Numbered from the stretch's first letter, positions 7,568 to 16,579 are shown. The stretch is 46,849 nucleotides of DNA from an uncultured Gammaproteobacteria bacterium (GCA_964585585.1 CAZPEL010000001.1:1-46849), one strand, 5' to 3'. Notes: a model not told the origin generated them from the sequence alone. A program made the numbers and translations.

Positions 7568-8257
7568 TTAGTTGAACAGTTTATCCAGGATGATAAGATC
7601 ACCCAAGTTTTTGGCATCAGTGCCGTTGCTCGGGATGGTCAATACTTGTCCCGGATAGATCAAATTGGCATCAGCGATATTATTGGCTTGGGCTATTTCC
7701 GGATAGCGGTTGGCATCTCCCAGAGTTTCCAGGGCTATGGCCGACAAAGTGTCGCCGGACTGTACGCTAACCTCTTGGCCGCTGCTACTAAAGACGCCGC
7801 CGTTCTGGTTAAAAAGCTCATCCAGTATGAACAGGTCGCCCAGGTCATTGCCTCCTCCGCCCATTAGGCCGTCACCGTCACCGAAAAGTTCATTTAGTAT
7901 GAACAGGTCGCCCAGATTTCTGTTGCCATTACCGTTAAAGATGCCGTTGCTATCGCCGAACAATTGGTCCAGCACAAACAGGTCACCCAGGTCGTTGCCG
8001 TCTCCGTTAAAGATTCCACCGTCACCGTCACCGAAAAGTTCGTTTAGTATAAACAAGTCTCCCAGGTTGTTTCCATTGCCATTGAAGACACCGTCCCCGT
8101 TACCGAATAATTGGTCCAGCACAAACAGGTCACCCAGGTCACTGTTATTTCCGTCCAGTATACTGGCTTGGGCGGCCGAGGTCGGTAAAGCTACCATACC
8201 CACAGCTAAGGCCACAACAGCAAATATCGCTATGATCTTGGTTTTTATTTTGGACAT
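7568..8257 (-). CDS. Secreted LGDLF-repeat protein with a C-terminal LysM domain
   Basis: I place the start at ATG 8257 (MSKIKTK), which has AAGGA upstream; the track start at 8287 is a TTG. Signal peptide ends at ...PTSAAQA. Five tandem 24-25-aa repeats are followed by a LysM domain (VQSGDTLSAIA...YPGQVLTIP) and a sixth repeat at the extreme C-terminus. Confidence 0.85.
   Translation of the reverse strand: MSKIKTKIIAIFAVVALAVGMVALPTSAAQASILDGNNSDLGDLFVLDQLFGNGDGVFNGNGNNLGDLFILNELFGDGDGGIFNGDGNDLGDLFVLDQLFGDSNGIFNGNGNRNLGDLFILNELFGDGDGLMGGGGNDLGDLFILDELFNQNGGVFSSSGQEVSVQSGDTLSAIALETLGDANRYPEIAQANNIADANLIYPGQVLTIPSNGTDAKNLGDLIILDKLFN
7808..8149 (-). repeat. Intragenic tandem repeat (five units of 72-75 nt, organised as two larger duplicated blocks of about 150 nt)
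   Basis: LGDLF recurs at residues 41, 65, 90, 115 and 139. The DNA-level duplication is visible, for example caccgtcaccgaaaagttcatttagtatgaacaggtcgcccag versus caccgtcaccgaaaagttcgtttagtataaacaagtctcccag. Confidence 0.8.
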
Positions 8258-8294
8258 ATGTTTAATTCCTTTTAAGTTTATTAGCAATTAAAAG

Positions 8295-8460
8295 TTTTCT
8301 CTGTTTCGACCTTTAACTGCTTTTCTTGCCCCTGCTTTTCCTATATGATTTTACAAGAAAAGCAGTGGAACAGAGAAATACTTTTAAATTCCGAGGGTTT
8401 TCGGGTGTAGAACGGATCTCAGGTTACCTACCCCGGATAACCAGGGACCTTCTACCCCTT
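8295..8460 (-). promoter_or_regulatory. Structured 5' leader of the LysM-repeat gene (candidate riboswitch/attenuator)
   Basis: On the minus-strand RNA there is a compact multi-stem element closed by GGGGUAGAA / UUCUACACCC (8458-8403), with an internal CCCUGG-UUAU-CCGGGG hairpin. A long hairpin follows (UUUCUCUGUU / AACAGAGAAA outer stem). Inside it, one CUGCUUUUC can pair with either of two GAAAAGCAG copies. The element ends in CUUUUAAUU. Confidence 0.35.
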
Positions 8461-8467
8461 TAATATT

Positions 8468-8485
8468 TAGATTACAAATAATCTA
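8468..8485. promoter_or_regulatory. Perfect 7-4-7 inverted repeat (operator-like) in the divergent promoter region
   Basis: tagatta-caaa-taatcta. Confidence 0.3.
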
Positions 8486-8602
8486 GTTACCCTCATTAAA
8501 TAAGACGCAGTCGGAGCTCGATTTACTCCCGGTTTGGGATTTGATTTTATTTACATACCGCCATCGAAGTTATAAGATGTTAGTAGAGTAAAACGATCTC
8601 CA

Positions 8603-9757
8603 ATGAGAATAATTAAAGACAAATTTTGGATACCGATCGTGGTCCTACTGGTGTTTTTACAAGTGACCGCGACAGTTTTTTATTACAGCAGTAAACCGGA
8701 CTCCAAAGAGGGGGTAAGGCGGGGCGGAAAAATGGAGGTGAAATTTTCCTCGAAAGATGAGTCCCGGAGTGAACCACCGATCGCTGCGGATAAAAAAGAC
8801 GAGGAGAAACCAAAAGAGAATAAAAACAGCCAAAAAGATCCCTGTCTGGAGTTTTTGTTTTTCGGAGACATGATGTTGGACCGCAATGTGGGAGCCAAAA
8901 TAAAAGATCGGGGCTTGGATCATATCTTTGGCGGTATAGCTACTTCCGGGAATGAATTGTTCCGGGGCAAGGATATAATCGGAGCTAATTTGGAAGGGGC
9001 GGTTACCCGGTCCGGCCGTCATTATCCACCCCGTAATTCCTATGATTTTGCCTTTGCCCCCAAGTTAATAAAGAAAGTCGGTGGTTACGGTTTTAATTTT
9101 TTTAATATCGCCAACAACCATTTGGCTGATCAGGGTGAAAAAGGTATTAGGGAAACCAGGGACAATCTTTCGGAATTGGGGCTTGATTTTGTTGGTTGCC
9201 GGGACGGTCGAGTGGATGATTGCAGTTTAAGGACAAAAGATGTCCGGGGACGGGAAATAACTTTTTTGGGTTTGAGTATGGTTTATAGTAGCTTGGACCG
9301 GGACAAGGTGGCGGATCTGGTTTCGAACGCTTCTTCCAGCGACCTGGTGGTGGCCCAGGTTCATTGGGGAGTGGAATACGAGCATGAATTCAATCGAGTC
9401 CAAAGAAATTTTGCTCATTTATTAGTGGATAATGGCGTGGATGTTGTTATCGGCCACCACCCTCATGTGGTGCAAGGTATGGAGATATATAAAAACAGCC
9501 CGATCTTTTATTCCTTGGGTAATTTTGTTTTTGATCAATATTTCTCCCGGGCCACCCAAGAGGGTTTGGCCGTGGCCATAAGCATCCAGGACGAAGAAAT
9601 GATCTTGGATCTGCATCCTTTGGTGTCGGAATCAAGTCGGGTTTTACCAATTCCGGCCGAGGAGAAGGAAAACAAATTTTTCGTCCGTTTTTTAGACTGG
9701 AGCGATCCGGAAATAAAAGAGAAGATGCGCTCGGGCAAAATCCGTTTGGAAAGATAA
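8603..9757 (+). CDS. CapA/PGA_cap-family metallophosphoesterase-like protein, membrane anchored
   Basis: N-terminal TM helix. Motifs FFGDMMLDR, ANLEGAVT, NIANNHLADQG and VVIGHHPHVVQG...YSLGNFVFDQ. Confidence 0.85.
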   Translation: MRIIKDKFWIPIVVLLVFLQVTATVFYYSSKPDSKEGVRRGGKMEVKFSSKDESRSEPPIAADKKDEEKPKENKNSQKDPCLEFLFFGDMMLDRNVGAKIKDRGLDHIFGGIATSGNELFRGKDIIGANLEGAVTRSGRHYPPRNSYDFAFAPKLIKKVGGYGFNFFNIANNHLADQGEKGIRETRDNLSELGLDFVGCRDGRVDDCSLRTKDVRGREITFLGLSMVYSSLDRDKVADLVSNASSSDLVVAQVHWGVEYEHEFNRVQRNFAHLLVDNGVDVVIGHHPHVVQGMEIYKNSPIFYSLGNFVFDQYFSRATQEGLAVAISIQDEEMILDLHPLVSESSRVLPIPAEEKENKFFVRFLDWSDPEIKEKMRSGKIRLER

Positions 9758-9785
9758 TTTTATTTGTATAAAAAATTTGTACAGT

Positions 9786-10032
9786 ATATCCAAGAAGAAA
9801 AAAGTAATCTCGCTTCAGGGTGGAATGGCCGTGGGTAAAATCACTTTGGCCAAAAATTATAACCGGAAGTAGAAGTTCTTTTATTCAATATTTGAAAAAG
9901 CTTTATCAACTGGAAAAGTAGTGGTTCAAGAATTTTGATAATTTGGTAACAGTGGATGTGGATAAGCTCGATCCGAGGTAAGTAGGAGACAGGGTGGTCT
10001 TGTTGTTTCAGGAATGGGGGTTACCGGCTTAA
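9786..10032 (+). pseudogene. Decayed relic of a P-loop (deoxy)nucleoside-kinase-like gene
   Basis: Hand translation gives KKVISLQGGMAVGKITLAKNYNRK* (a Walker-A-like motif with T to I). In shifted frames it continues as KFFYSIFEKALSTGKVVVQEF*, NLVTVDVDKLDPR* and VGDRVVLLFQEWGLPA*. Multiple stops and frameshifts fall within 250 nt. Confidence 0.35.
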
Positions 10033-10131
10033 ATAATTCCCAGGTGATCCGGATCGGTATTATGGTGGTTGGGGTGGCTGTTTTATGTTATAATAAAAAT
10101 ATAAGATATTTTTAATCATTTACCCGGGTCT

Positions 10132-11823
10132 ATGGGATCTGTTTTTGTTAACATAAGCATTATATTGAGCATAGCTATCGGGGTTGCTTTTGTGGTCAGA
10201 CTTTTACGACAGCCCCTGATCATCTCCTATCTTTTTACCGGGATCATTTGCGGTCCTCTTTTTTTGAATTTAATAAATACAAAGCAGGAATTTTTTGATA
10301 TATTTGCCGAATTCGGGGTAGTTTTATTGTTGTTTTTGGTGGGCTTGAATTTGAATATCAGTTATTTGAGAAAGATCGGCAAAGTAGCGGTCGTGACCGG
10401 AGTATCCCAGGTGATATTCACTTCTTCCTTGGGATTTTTAATACTTTGGGCTTTTGGTTTTTCCGTATGGTCGTCCTTGTTTCTGGCCATATCCATTACT
10501 TTTTCCAGTACCATTATAATAACCAAACTTCTGTCCGATAAAGGCGACATTAGGAGTGTTTACGGCAGATATACGGTCGGCTTGATGTTGGTCCAAGATG
10601 TAGTGGCCGTGGTGATAATGATACTTTTGCCGGCTTTGCGTTTTGGGGACGCTTTTGCCGTTTCCTTGGTTCTTTTGATCCTAAAAAGTTTGTTCTTCTT
10701 GGCCGGGGTGTATGTGGTGACCAGGATGCTTTTGCCCATAGTTTTGAATAAAGTGGCTGAATCCGAGGAATTCCTTTTGATATTTGCCTTGGCTTGGTGT
10801 TTTACGATCTCCGGCCTAGCCGAGTGGTTAGGGCTTTCCTTAGAGGTCGGGGCTATTGTAGCCGGATTATCCCTGGCCGCCTCCCCCTACCAACTGGAGA
10901 TAGGAAGTAGAGTCAGGCCCTTGCGGGATTTCTTTATTGTTCTTTTCTTTGTTATTTTGGGCAGTGAAATGAGTTTGGGCCATATCCAGGAGGTGTTCTG
11001 GCCCGGTTTGGCCATTTCGGCCTTTATTTTAGTCGGCAACCCCCTGATCCTTTATACGGTTTTTAGATTGATGAGATTCACCAGGAAGAACAGCTTTTTA
11101 TCCGGTCTGACCGCCGCTCAGGTAAGTGAGTTCGGTTTTGTCTTTTTGTTTGTGTCCCAAGGTATGGGTTTGGTGGGCAATCAAGAGATATCCTTATTCA
11201 CTTTAGCCGCTCTGATCACTATCTTTTTATCTTCTTATTTGATACCCTACAACCGGCAAATATTTTCCCGGATCGAGCCCTGGTTTGTTAAGTTGGCCGG
11301 TCGGGACCGGATGGTTTCGGTCAAGGAAAAGGATGATTCCGGGTATGAGGTTTTGGTCTTTGGTTATCACCGTTTGGGCTGGAAGATCTGTGATTCCCTC
11401 CAAAAGACCGGACATTCCTTTGCTGTGGTTGATTTTGATCCGGTGGCCATTGAAAAATTAAAGAAAAGGGATATACCCTATTATTTCGGTGACGCTTCGG
11501 ATGTGGATTTCTTGACTGAAGTTTTTTCCCAAAAAACCAAGATGGTCATATCCACCCTGCCCGAATTCGACGATCAAGTGATCTTAGTGCGCCAATTAAG
11601 GAACATAAACCAAAAAGCTGTTTTTATAGGCAATTTATCTCATGTTAAATTCCTGAATATTTTATACGAAGAAGGAGCGGATTTCGTGATCATACCCCAC
11701 TTGTTGGCCGGAAGCTGGATGGCCGAGCTTATTGAGACCAAGAAATGCAACCGCCATACTTTTAGGAGTTTACGGAGCAAGCAAAAACAGGAAATGAGAT
11801 TAAGATGCACCCTGGGGCATTAA
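10132..11823 (+). CDS. Kef-type cation/proton antiporter (CPA2) with a C-terminal RCK/TrkA-N domain
   Basis: About 12 TM helices, then the Rossmann-like segment VLVFGYHRLGWKICDSLQKTGHSFAVVDFD. Confidence 0.85.
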   Translation: MGSVFVNISIILSIAIGVAFVVRLLRQPLIISYLFTGIICGPLFLNLINTKQEFFDIFAEFGVVLLLFLVGLNLNISYLRKIGKVAVVTGVSQVIFTSSLGFLILWAFGFSVWSSLFLAISITFSSTIIITKLLSDKGDIRSVYGRYTVGLMLVQDVVAVVIMILLPALRFGDAFAVSLVLLILKSLFFLAGVYVVTRMLLPIVLNKVAESEEFLLIFALAWCFTISGLAEWLGLSLEVGAIVAGLSLAASPYQLEIGSRVRPLRDFFIVLFFVILGSEMSLGHIQEVFWPGLAISAFILVGNPLILYTVFRLMRFTRKNSFLSGLTAAQVSEFGFVFLFVSQGMGLVGNQEISLFTLAALITIFLSSYLIPYNRQIFSRIEPWFVKLAGRDRMVSVKEKDDSGYEVLVFGYHRLGWKICDSLQKTGHSFAVVDFDPVAIEKLKKRDIPYYFGDASDVDFLTEVFSQKTKMVISTLPEFDDQVILVRQLRNINQKAVFIGNLSHVKFLNILYEEGADFVIIPHLLAGSWMAELIETKKCNRHTFRSLRSKQKQEMRLRCTLGH

Positions 11824-11864
11824 AAGGGGAGTAATTAATTTATTTATTGGTAATATTTTAAATT

Positions 11865-12371
11865 ATGCCTGTTATTGATCTGGCGTTAATATTGATTTGG
11901 GCCGGATTCGTTTTTTACGGATTATTTTTCGGCCTGATAAGGACTTTGGGTTCCCTGCTGGGGATGGTGGCCGGCGCTTGGGCGGCCGCCCTTTTTTATT
12001 TGGACCTCTTCAATCTTATCGGCTCTTGGTTTGGTGGTTTGGAGAACTTGGGGAAAATAATCTGTTTTTTGGTGGTTTTTGTTGTGGCCAATCGAGTGGT
12101 GGGTTTGGTCTTTGTCATTTTGGACAAAGTTTTTAATATTTTTTCCATTATTCCTTTTTTCAAGCTTTTGAATCGACTGGGGGGCGCCGCTTTGGGCTTT
12201 TTGGAGGGAGCTTTGCTTTTGGGGATATTCGTTTATTTGGCGGTGGAATACCTGTCCTTAAATACTTGGCTGCCCTGGGGGGTGAGCCAGTCCGTGGTAG
12301 TACCTTATCTGGTCAAGCTGATCAAGATATTGGTGCCCTTCTTTTCCCGGGCTTTAGAGAGTTATTTATAA
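11865..12371 (+). CDS. cvpA: CvpA-family membrane protein
   Basis: 168 aa with four TM helices. The N-terminus IDLALILIWAGFVFYGLFFGLIR is typical of the family. Confidence 0.75.
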   Translation: MPVIDLALILIWAGFVFYGLFFGLIRTLGSLLGMVAGAWAAALFYLDLFNLIGSWFGGLENLGKIICFLVVFVVANRVVGLVFVILDKVFNIFSIIPFFKLLNRLGGAALGFLEGALLLGIFVYLAVEYLSLNTWLPWGVSQSVVVPYLVKLIKILVPFFSRALESYL

Positions 12372-12382
12372 GGTTTTTATAA

Positions 12383-12961
12383 ATGAAGATAATAAAAATA
12401 CCCGATTTTCAATATAAAAAAGAAGACATAGAAAAGGTAGCCCGATGTTTTATTCACGGCGGTGTAGTGGTCTATCCGACCGATACGGTTTACGGAATCG
12501 GATGTCTGGCCACAAAGCCGGAGCCGATAGAAAGGATCTATACCATCAAACAAAGGAGCGGGGACAAGCCGCTTTTAGTTTTGGTCAGTGATCTGGATAT
12601 GGCTCAAGATTATTTCCGAATAAGCAAGGAACAAAGGGATCATATCCAAGAACATTGGCCCGGAGCGGTTTCTTTTTTATTGTCTTCCCGGGGGAATTTA
12701 GTCCAGCACTCCCCGGAGGGTTTGGTGGTTCGTTTGCCTAAAAATGAATTTCTTATTAGAATGATAAAAAGAGTGGGTGCTCCTATCACTTCCACCAGCT
12801 TGAATATAAGCGGCCAGGGAGTGGCCCGGGATCCGGATAAAGCCGATTTTATTAGAGATAATTCGTCCATAGACATGGTAGTTGACGCCGGCCCTTTGTC
12901 CGGACAGCCATCGAGAATTGTGGATATTAGGGATATGAAAAATAAAAAAATTTTAAGATAA
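12383..12961 (+). CDS. tsaC: L-threonylcarbamoyladenylate synthase (YrdC/TsaC family)
   Basis: Motifs VVVYPTDTVYGIGC, KQRSGDKPLLVLV and GAPITSTSLNISGQ. Confidence 0.85.
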   Translation: MKIIKIPDFQYKKEDIEKVARCFIHGGVVVYPTDTVYGIGCLATKPEPIERIYTIKQRSGDKPLLVLVSDLDMAQDYFRISKEQRDHIQEHWPGAVSFLLSSRGNLVQHSPEGLVVRLPKNEFLIRMIKRVGAPITSTSLNISGQGVARDPDKADFIRDNSSIDMVVDAGPLSGQPSRIVDIRDMKNKKILR

Positions 12962-12968
12962 TTATTAT

Positions 12969-14303
12969 ATGATCAGACAAAAAAATTCGAATTTATTTGC
13001 CAGAATTTCCATGGTGGTTTTGGTTTTGATATTGATATTGGTCAGTTTCGGAGCCGGTTTGTATTTGCCGGGAAAAATGGAAGTAATGGAGGATCTGGCC
13101 AAAAGTGAGGCCATGTATGCCGGCAAGATCCTGGGTAAGTATTCCGAACCGGAAAAAGGGGCGTTGGAGCAGAACATTAATTTTGATCTTTATTGGGATG
13201 TTTGGAATACTTTAAAGGATGAGTATGTGGAAGGAGACAATATCAGCGATAAGAAGCTTTTCTATGGATCCCTGGAGGGGATGGTAAATGCCCTGGACGA
13301 CCCTCATACCACCTTTTTGGACCCTCAAGAGTCCCAGAATTTCCAGAAAAGTATGTCCGGTCAATTCGAGGGCATAGGAGCCGAGGTAAGCATGAAAAAG
13401 GATATATTAACAGTAGTAGCCCCCTTGGACGGCACTCCGGCGGACAGGGCGGGGCTTAAGGCCGGAGACAAGATCCTGGAGGTCAATGGAAGTTCTACTG
13501 AGAGTATGAGTTTGGATGAGGCCGTTAGCCGCATCCGGGGAGAAGAAGGAACTGACGTGGTTTTGACCGTGTTTAACGAAGATATGGAAGAGCCCCGAGA
13601 TGTAACCATAACCCGAGGAGTGATCGAGGTAAAAAGCGTGGAGACGGAGCTAAAGAATAACGGTATATTTGTTATCGAGGTTAAGGATTTCAATAATGAT
13701 ACTCTGCGTCTATTCAACAAGGCGATAGAGGAGGCCCACGAAAGAGGAGCTCAAGGGATCATTCTGGACCTGAGGAACAATCCCGGCGGATATCTGGATA
13801 CCGCCGTAGAAGTGGCCAGTGCTTGGGTGGAAGACGGGCCGGTAGTGATAGAGAAATTCAGCGAGGAAAAGAAAAAGGAATACGAGGCCAGAGGAAAAGC
13901 CGAGTTAAAGGATTACCCGACTGTGGTTTTAGTGAATCGGGGTAGCGCTTCCGCATCCGAGATCGTGGCCGGAGCCCTACAGGATTACGAGGAGGCCGTA
14001 GTGGTGGGAGAGCAGACCTTTGGCAAGGGGTCAGTGCAAAGTTTAGTTCCCTTAAAAGAGGGATCTTCCCTGAAAGTGACTGTGGCTGAATGGCTTACTC
14101 CGGACGGAGAAACTATTAGTGAACAAGGAGTAACCCCGGAGAAGAAAGTGGAATTGAGTTTAGAGGATTACAACAATAACAAGACGCCGCAAATGGATAC
14201 GGCCATAGAGATATTGGAAAAAATGATCCAGGGCGAAGAGCTAAACCTGGATAAAGACCAGACCGGTACCACCACTGAGGAGACAACAAAACAAAATAAA
14301 TAA
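12969..14303 (+). CDS. S41 carboxy-terminal processing protease (Ctp/Prc-like) with a PDZ domain
   Basis: Motifs FEGIGAEV, PADRAGLKAGDKILEVNG, LDLRNNPGGYL, RGSASASEIVAGALQD and TFGKGSVQ. Confidence 0.9.
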   Translation: MIRQKNSNLFARISMVVLVLILILVSFGAGLYLPGKMEVMEDLAKSEAMYAGKILGKYSEPEKGALEQNINFDLYWDVWNTLKDEYVEGDNISDKKLFYGSLEGMVNALDDPHTTFLDPQESQNFQKSMSGQFEGIGAEVSMKKDILTVVAPLDGTPADRAGLKAGDKILEVNGSSTESMSLDEAVSRIRGEEGTDVVLTVFNEDMEEPRDVTITRGVIEVKSVETELKNNGIFVIEVKDFNNDTLRLFNKAIEEAHERGAQGIILDLRNNPGGYLDTAVEVASAWVEDGPVVIEKFSEEKKKEYEARGKAELKDYPTVVLVNRGSASASEIVAGALQDYEEAVVVGEQTFGKGSVQSLVPLKEGSSLKVTVAEWLTPDGETISEQGVTPEKKVELSLEDYNNNKTPQMDTAIEILEKMIQGEELNLDKDQTGTTTEETTKQNK

Positions 14304-14373
14304 AGTCAAAATGCAGAATAATAGAAAAGGATCTCGGTTTTGATATTGTGCATTTTGGGCATGGGGATTAATT

Positions 14374-16038
14374 ATGGCAGACAAAAAACATTTTCAGAAA
14401 GACCACACCAAGTATATTTTTGTGGTGGGAGGAGTTATGTCCGGTGTTGGAAAGGGAGTTACTTGCGCTTCTATTGGCGCCATTTTGGAGGGCAGGGGAT
14501 ACGGTGTTAGCGCTATTAAGATCGATCCTTATATCAATGTTGATGCCGGAACTATGAATCCGGTGGAACACGGAGAGGTCTTTGTAACCGAGGATGGGGA
14601 TGAAACTGACCAGGACATCGGTAATTACGAAAGATTCCTGAACAAAAATATATTTCGAGAGAATTATATGACCACCGGCCGAGTTTATCAGAGCGTGATC
14701 CAAAAAGAAAGAAACTTGGATTACGGCGGTAAATGCGTGGAAGTGGTTCCTCATATTCCCATAGAGATCCGGGACAGGATACACAAGGCAGTGGAAAAAA
14801 CGGAGTCGGAAATAATGATAATAGAGATCGGTGGCACAGTGGGCGAATATCAGAATGTTTTATTCCTGGAGGCGGCCAGAATGATGAAACTTTATAATCC
14901 GGACAATGTTTTGTTTGTCATGGTGAGTTACCTTCCCATACCCCAAAAGGTGGGCGAGATGAAGACCAAGCCCACTCAACACGCTATCAGAACCCTGAAT
15001 TCCTCCGGAATCCAACCCAATTTTGTTATCGCCCGGAGTGAGGAGGAAGTGGATGACCCCAGAAGGAAGAAAATAGCCGTTAATTGTAATATAGATAAGG
15101 AGGACGTGGTCTCGGCCCCGGACATAGATTCCATTTACGAGATACCCCTTAATTTTGAAAAGGATAGATTGGGGGATAGGATATTGGAAAAATTCAACCT
15201 CAAAAGAAAGAAAAGAGACCTGGAGGAGTGGAAGAAAATGGTCGAAGCCAGCAGAAGCGCCAAAAAGGAGGTGGATATAGGGATTGTGGGGAAGTATTTT
15301 TCTACCGGAGATTTTTGTTTATCCGATTCTTATATTTCCGTGATAGAGGCCATAAAACATGCTTGTACCGATAATAAGTGCAAACCGAAGTTGCATTGGA
15401 TCAATTCCGAGGATATAGAGAATAAAAAGAAGAATTTAAAAAAATATGACGGAATCATTGTTCCCCAGGGTTGGGGTTCCCGGGGATCCGAGGGTAAGAT
15501 AGCTACCATCAAATATTGCCGGGAGAAAAAGATACCTTATTTCGGACTTTGTTACGGCATGCAGATGGCCGTGATCGAGTTCGCTCGCAATGTCTGCGGG
15601 TTCCAGAACGCCAACTCCGCGGAAGTGGATCCGGACACTCCTCATTCGGTTATACACATAATGCCGGACCAGGCGGATGTGATAGCTAATGGCCAGTACG
15701 GCGGAACTATCAGACTGGGCGGTTGGCCCTGTAAATTGGTTCCAGGAACTCGTTTGGCCCGGGCTTATCACAAAAAAACCAAGGATTGGACCGTTTCGGA
15801 AAGGCACAGGCATAGATATGAGTTCAATAATGATTATCGGGAAGAGTTGGAGAAAAAGGGTTTGAAGATAGCCGGGACCTCCCCGGACGGTAAAATAGTA
15901 GAGGCCATCGAGATAAGCGATCACCCCTTCTTTGTCGGAACCCAGTTCCATCCCGAGTATATCTCCAGACCTTTAAGACCCCATCCTTTGTTCGTGGAGT
16001 TTGTTAAAACTTGCTTGAAGCTTCGTAATAATAAATAA
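14374..16038 (+). CDS. pyrG: CTP synthase
   Basis: Motifs YIFVVGGVMSGVGKG, DPYINVDAGTMNP, GLCYGMQ and FVGTQFHPE. Confidence 0.97.
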   Translation: MADKKHFQKDHTKYIFVVGGVMSGVGKGVTCASIGAILEGRGYGVSAIKIDPYINVDAGTMNPVEHGEVFVTEDGDETDQDIGNYERFLNKNIFRENYMTTGRVYQSVIQKERNLDYGGKCVEVVPHIPIEIRDRIHKAVEKTESEIMIIEIGGTVGEYQNVLFLEAARMMKLYNPDNVLFVMVSYLPIPQKVGEMKTKPTQHAIRTLNSSGIQPNFVIARSEEEVDDPRRKKIAVNCNIDKEDVVSAPDIDSIYEIPLNFEKDRLGDRILEKFNLKRKKRDLEEWKKMVEASRSAKKEVDIGIVGKYFSTGDFCLSDSYISVIEAIKHACTDNKCKPKLHWINSEDIENKKKNLKKYDGIIVPQGWGSRGSEGKIATIKYCREKKIPYFGLCYGMQMAVIEFARNVCGFQNANSAEVDPDTPHSVIHIMPDQADVIANGQYGGTIRLGGWPCKLVPGTRLARAYHKKTKDWTVSERHRHRYEFNNDYREELEKKGLKIAGTSPDGKIVEAIEISDHPFFVGTQFHPEYISRPLRPHPLFVEFVKTCLKLRNNK

Positions 16039-16048
16039 AAATAATTTT

Positions 16049-16468
16049 ATGCCCGAGGAAAACAAAAAAGGATCCCGAGGCAAAACTCTACTTACTGTTT
16101 TTATCACTTTTATTTTGACCGTGATCCTGGTTTTGGGTGGTTTGGGTTTATATATTTGGAAGGCCAACCCCCTTAACATTCAAGCTTGTTTGATATCCGG
16201 GGCCTTGAATTCAGTCGGGAGCCAAAATTCGAGTCAGGATTCCCAAAACAGCCAAACTTCGGACACGGACAAACATCCCTTGTTGAATGCGGACCAGGAA
16301 CAGCAGTTACAAGAGGCCGGCGTGGATGTGGGGAGTTTGCCCCAGGAGATATCTCCGGAAGCGGAAAAATGTTTTGAGGATAAATTGGGAGAGGATCGAG
16401 TGGAGGAAATAAAGAACGGAGCTACGCCCACCACTTTGGAAATAATGAAGGCCGGCTCCTGTTTTTGA
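16049..16468 (+). CDS. Bitopic membrane protein, hypothetical
   Basis: 139 aa with an N-terminal TM helix, a Ser/Gln-rich linker and a two-Cys C-terminal domain. It starts 10 nt after pyrG. Confidence 0.6.
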   Translation: MPEENKKGSRGKTLLTVFITFILTVILVLGGLGLYIWKANPLNIQACLISGALNSVGSQNSSQDSQNSQTSDTDKHPLLNADQEQQLQEAGVDVGSLPQEISPEAEKCFEDKLGEDRVEEIKNGATPTTLEIMKAGSCF

Positions 16469-16579
16469 TATTTTTTGGTTTAAGTGTAAATCATAAACAG
16501 CAATTCAAGAAAGGAGGTAAAGCTCTTTAAAACCGAATTTTTCGATTAATGGGTAGATATTTTAGAAAGGAGGTCTCCC

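Noticed and set aside
7710-8291. A 193-aa Pro/Ser-rich ORF on the plus strand, with its own internal repeats.
   Set aside because: It is the antisense reading of the LysM-repeat gene, and its periodicity simply mirrors that gene's repeats. The minus-strand frame has a signal peptide, a LysM domain and an SD, so it is the real gene.
8390-8460. I considered whether the structured element could be an SRP RNA, a tRNA or another housekeeping ncRNA.
   Set aside because: It lacks the conserved SRP domain-IV GGAA/AGCAGC loop motifs and has no tRNA T-loop (GTTCRANNC) or cloverleaf. Its position and orientation fit a cis-acting leader of the LysM-repeat gene better.
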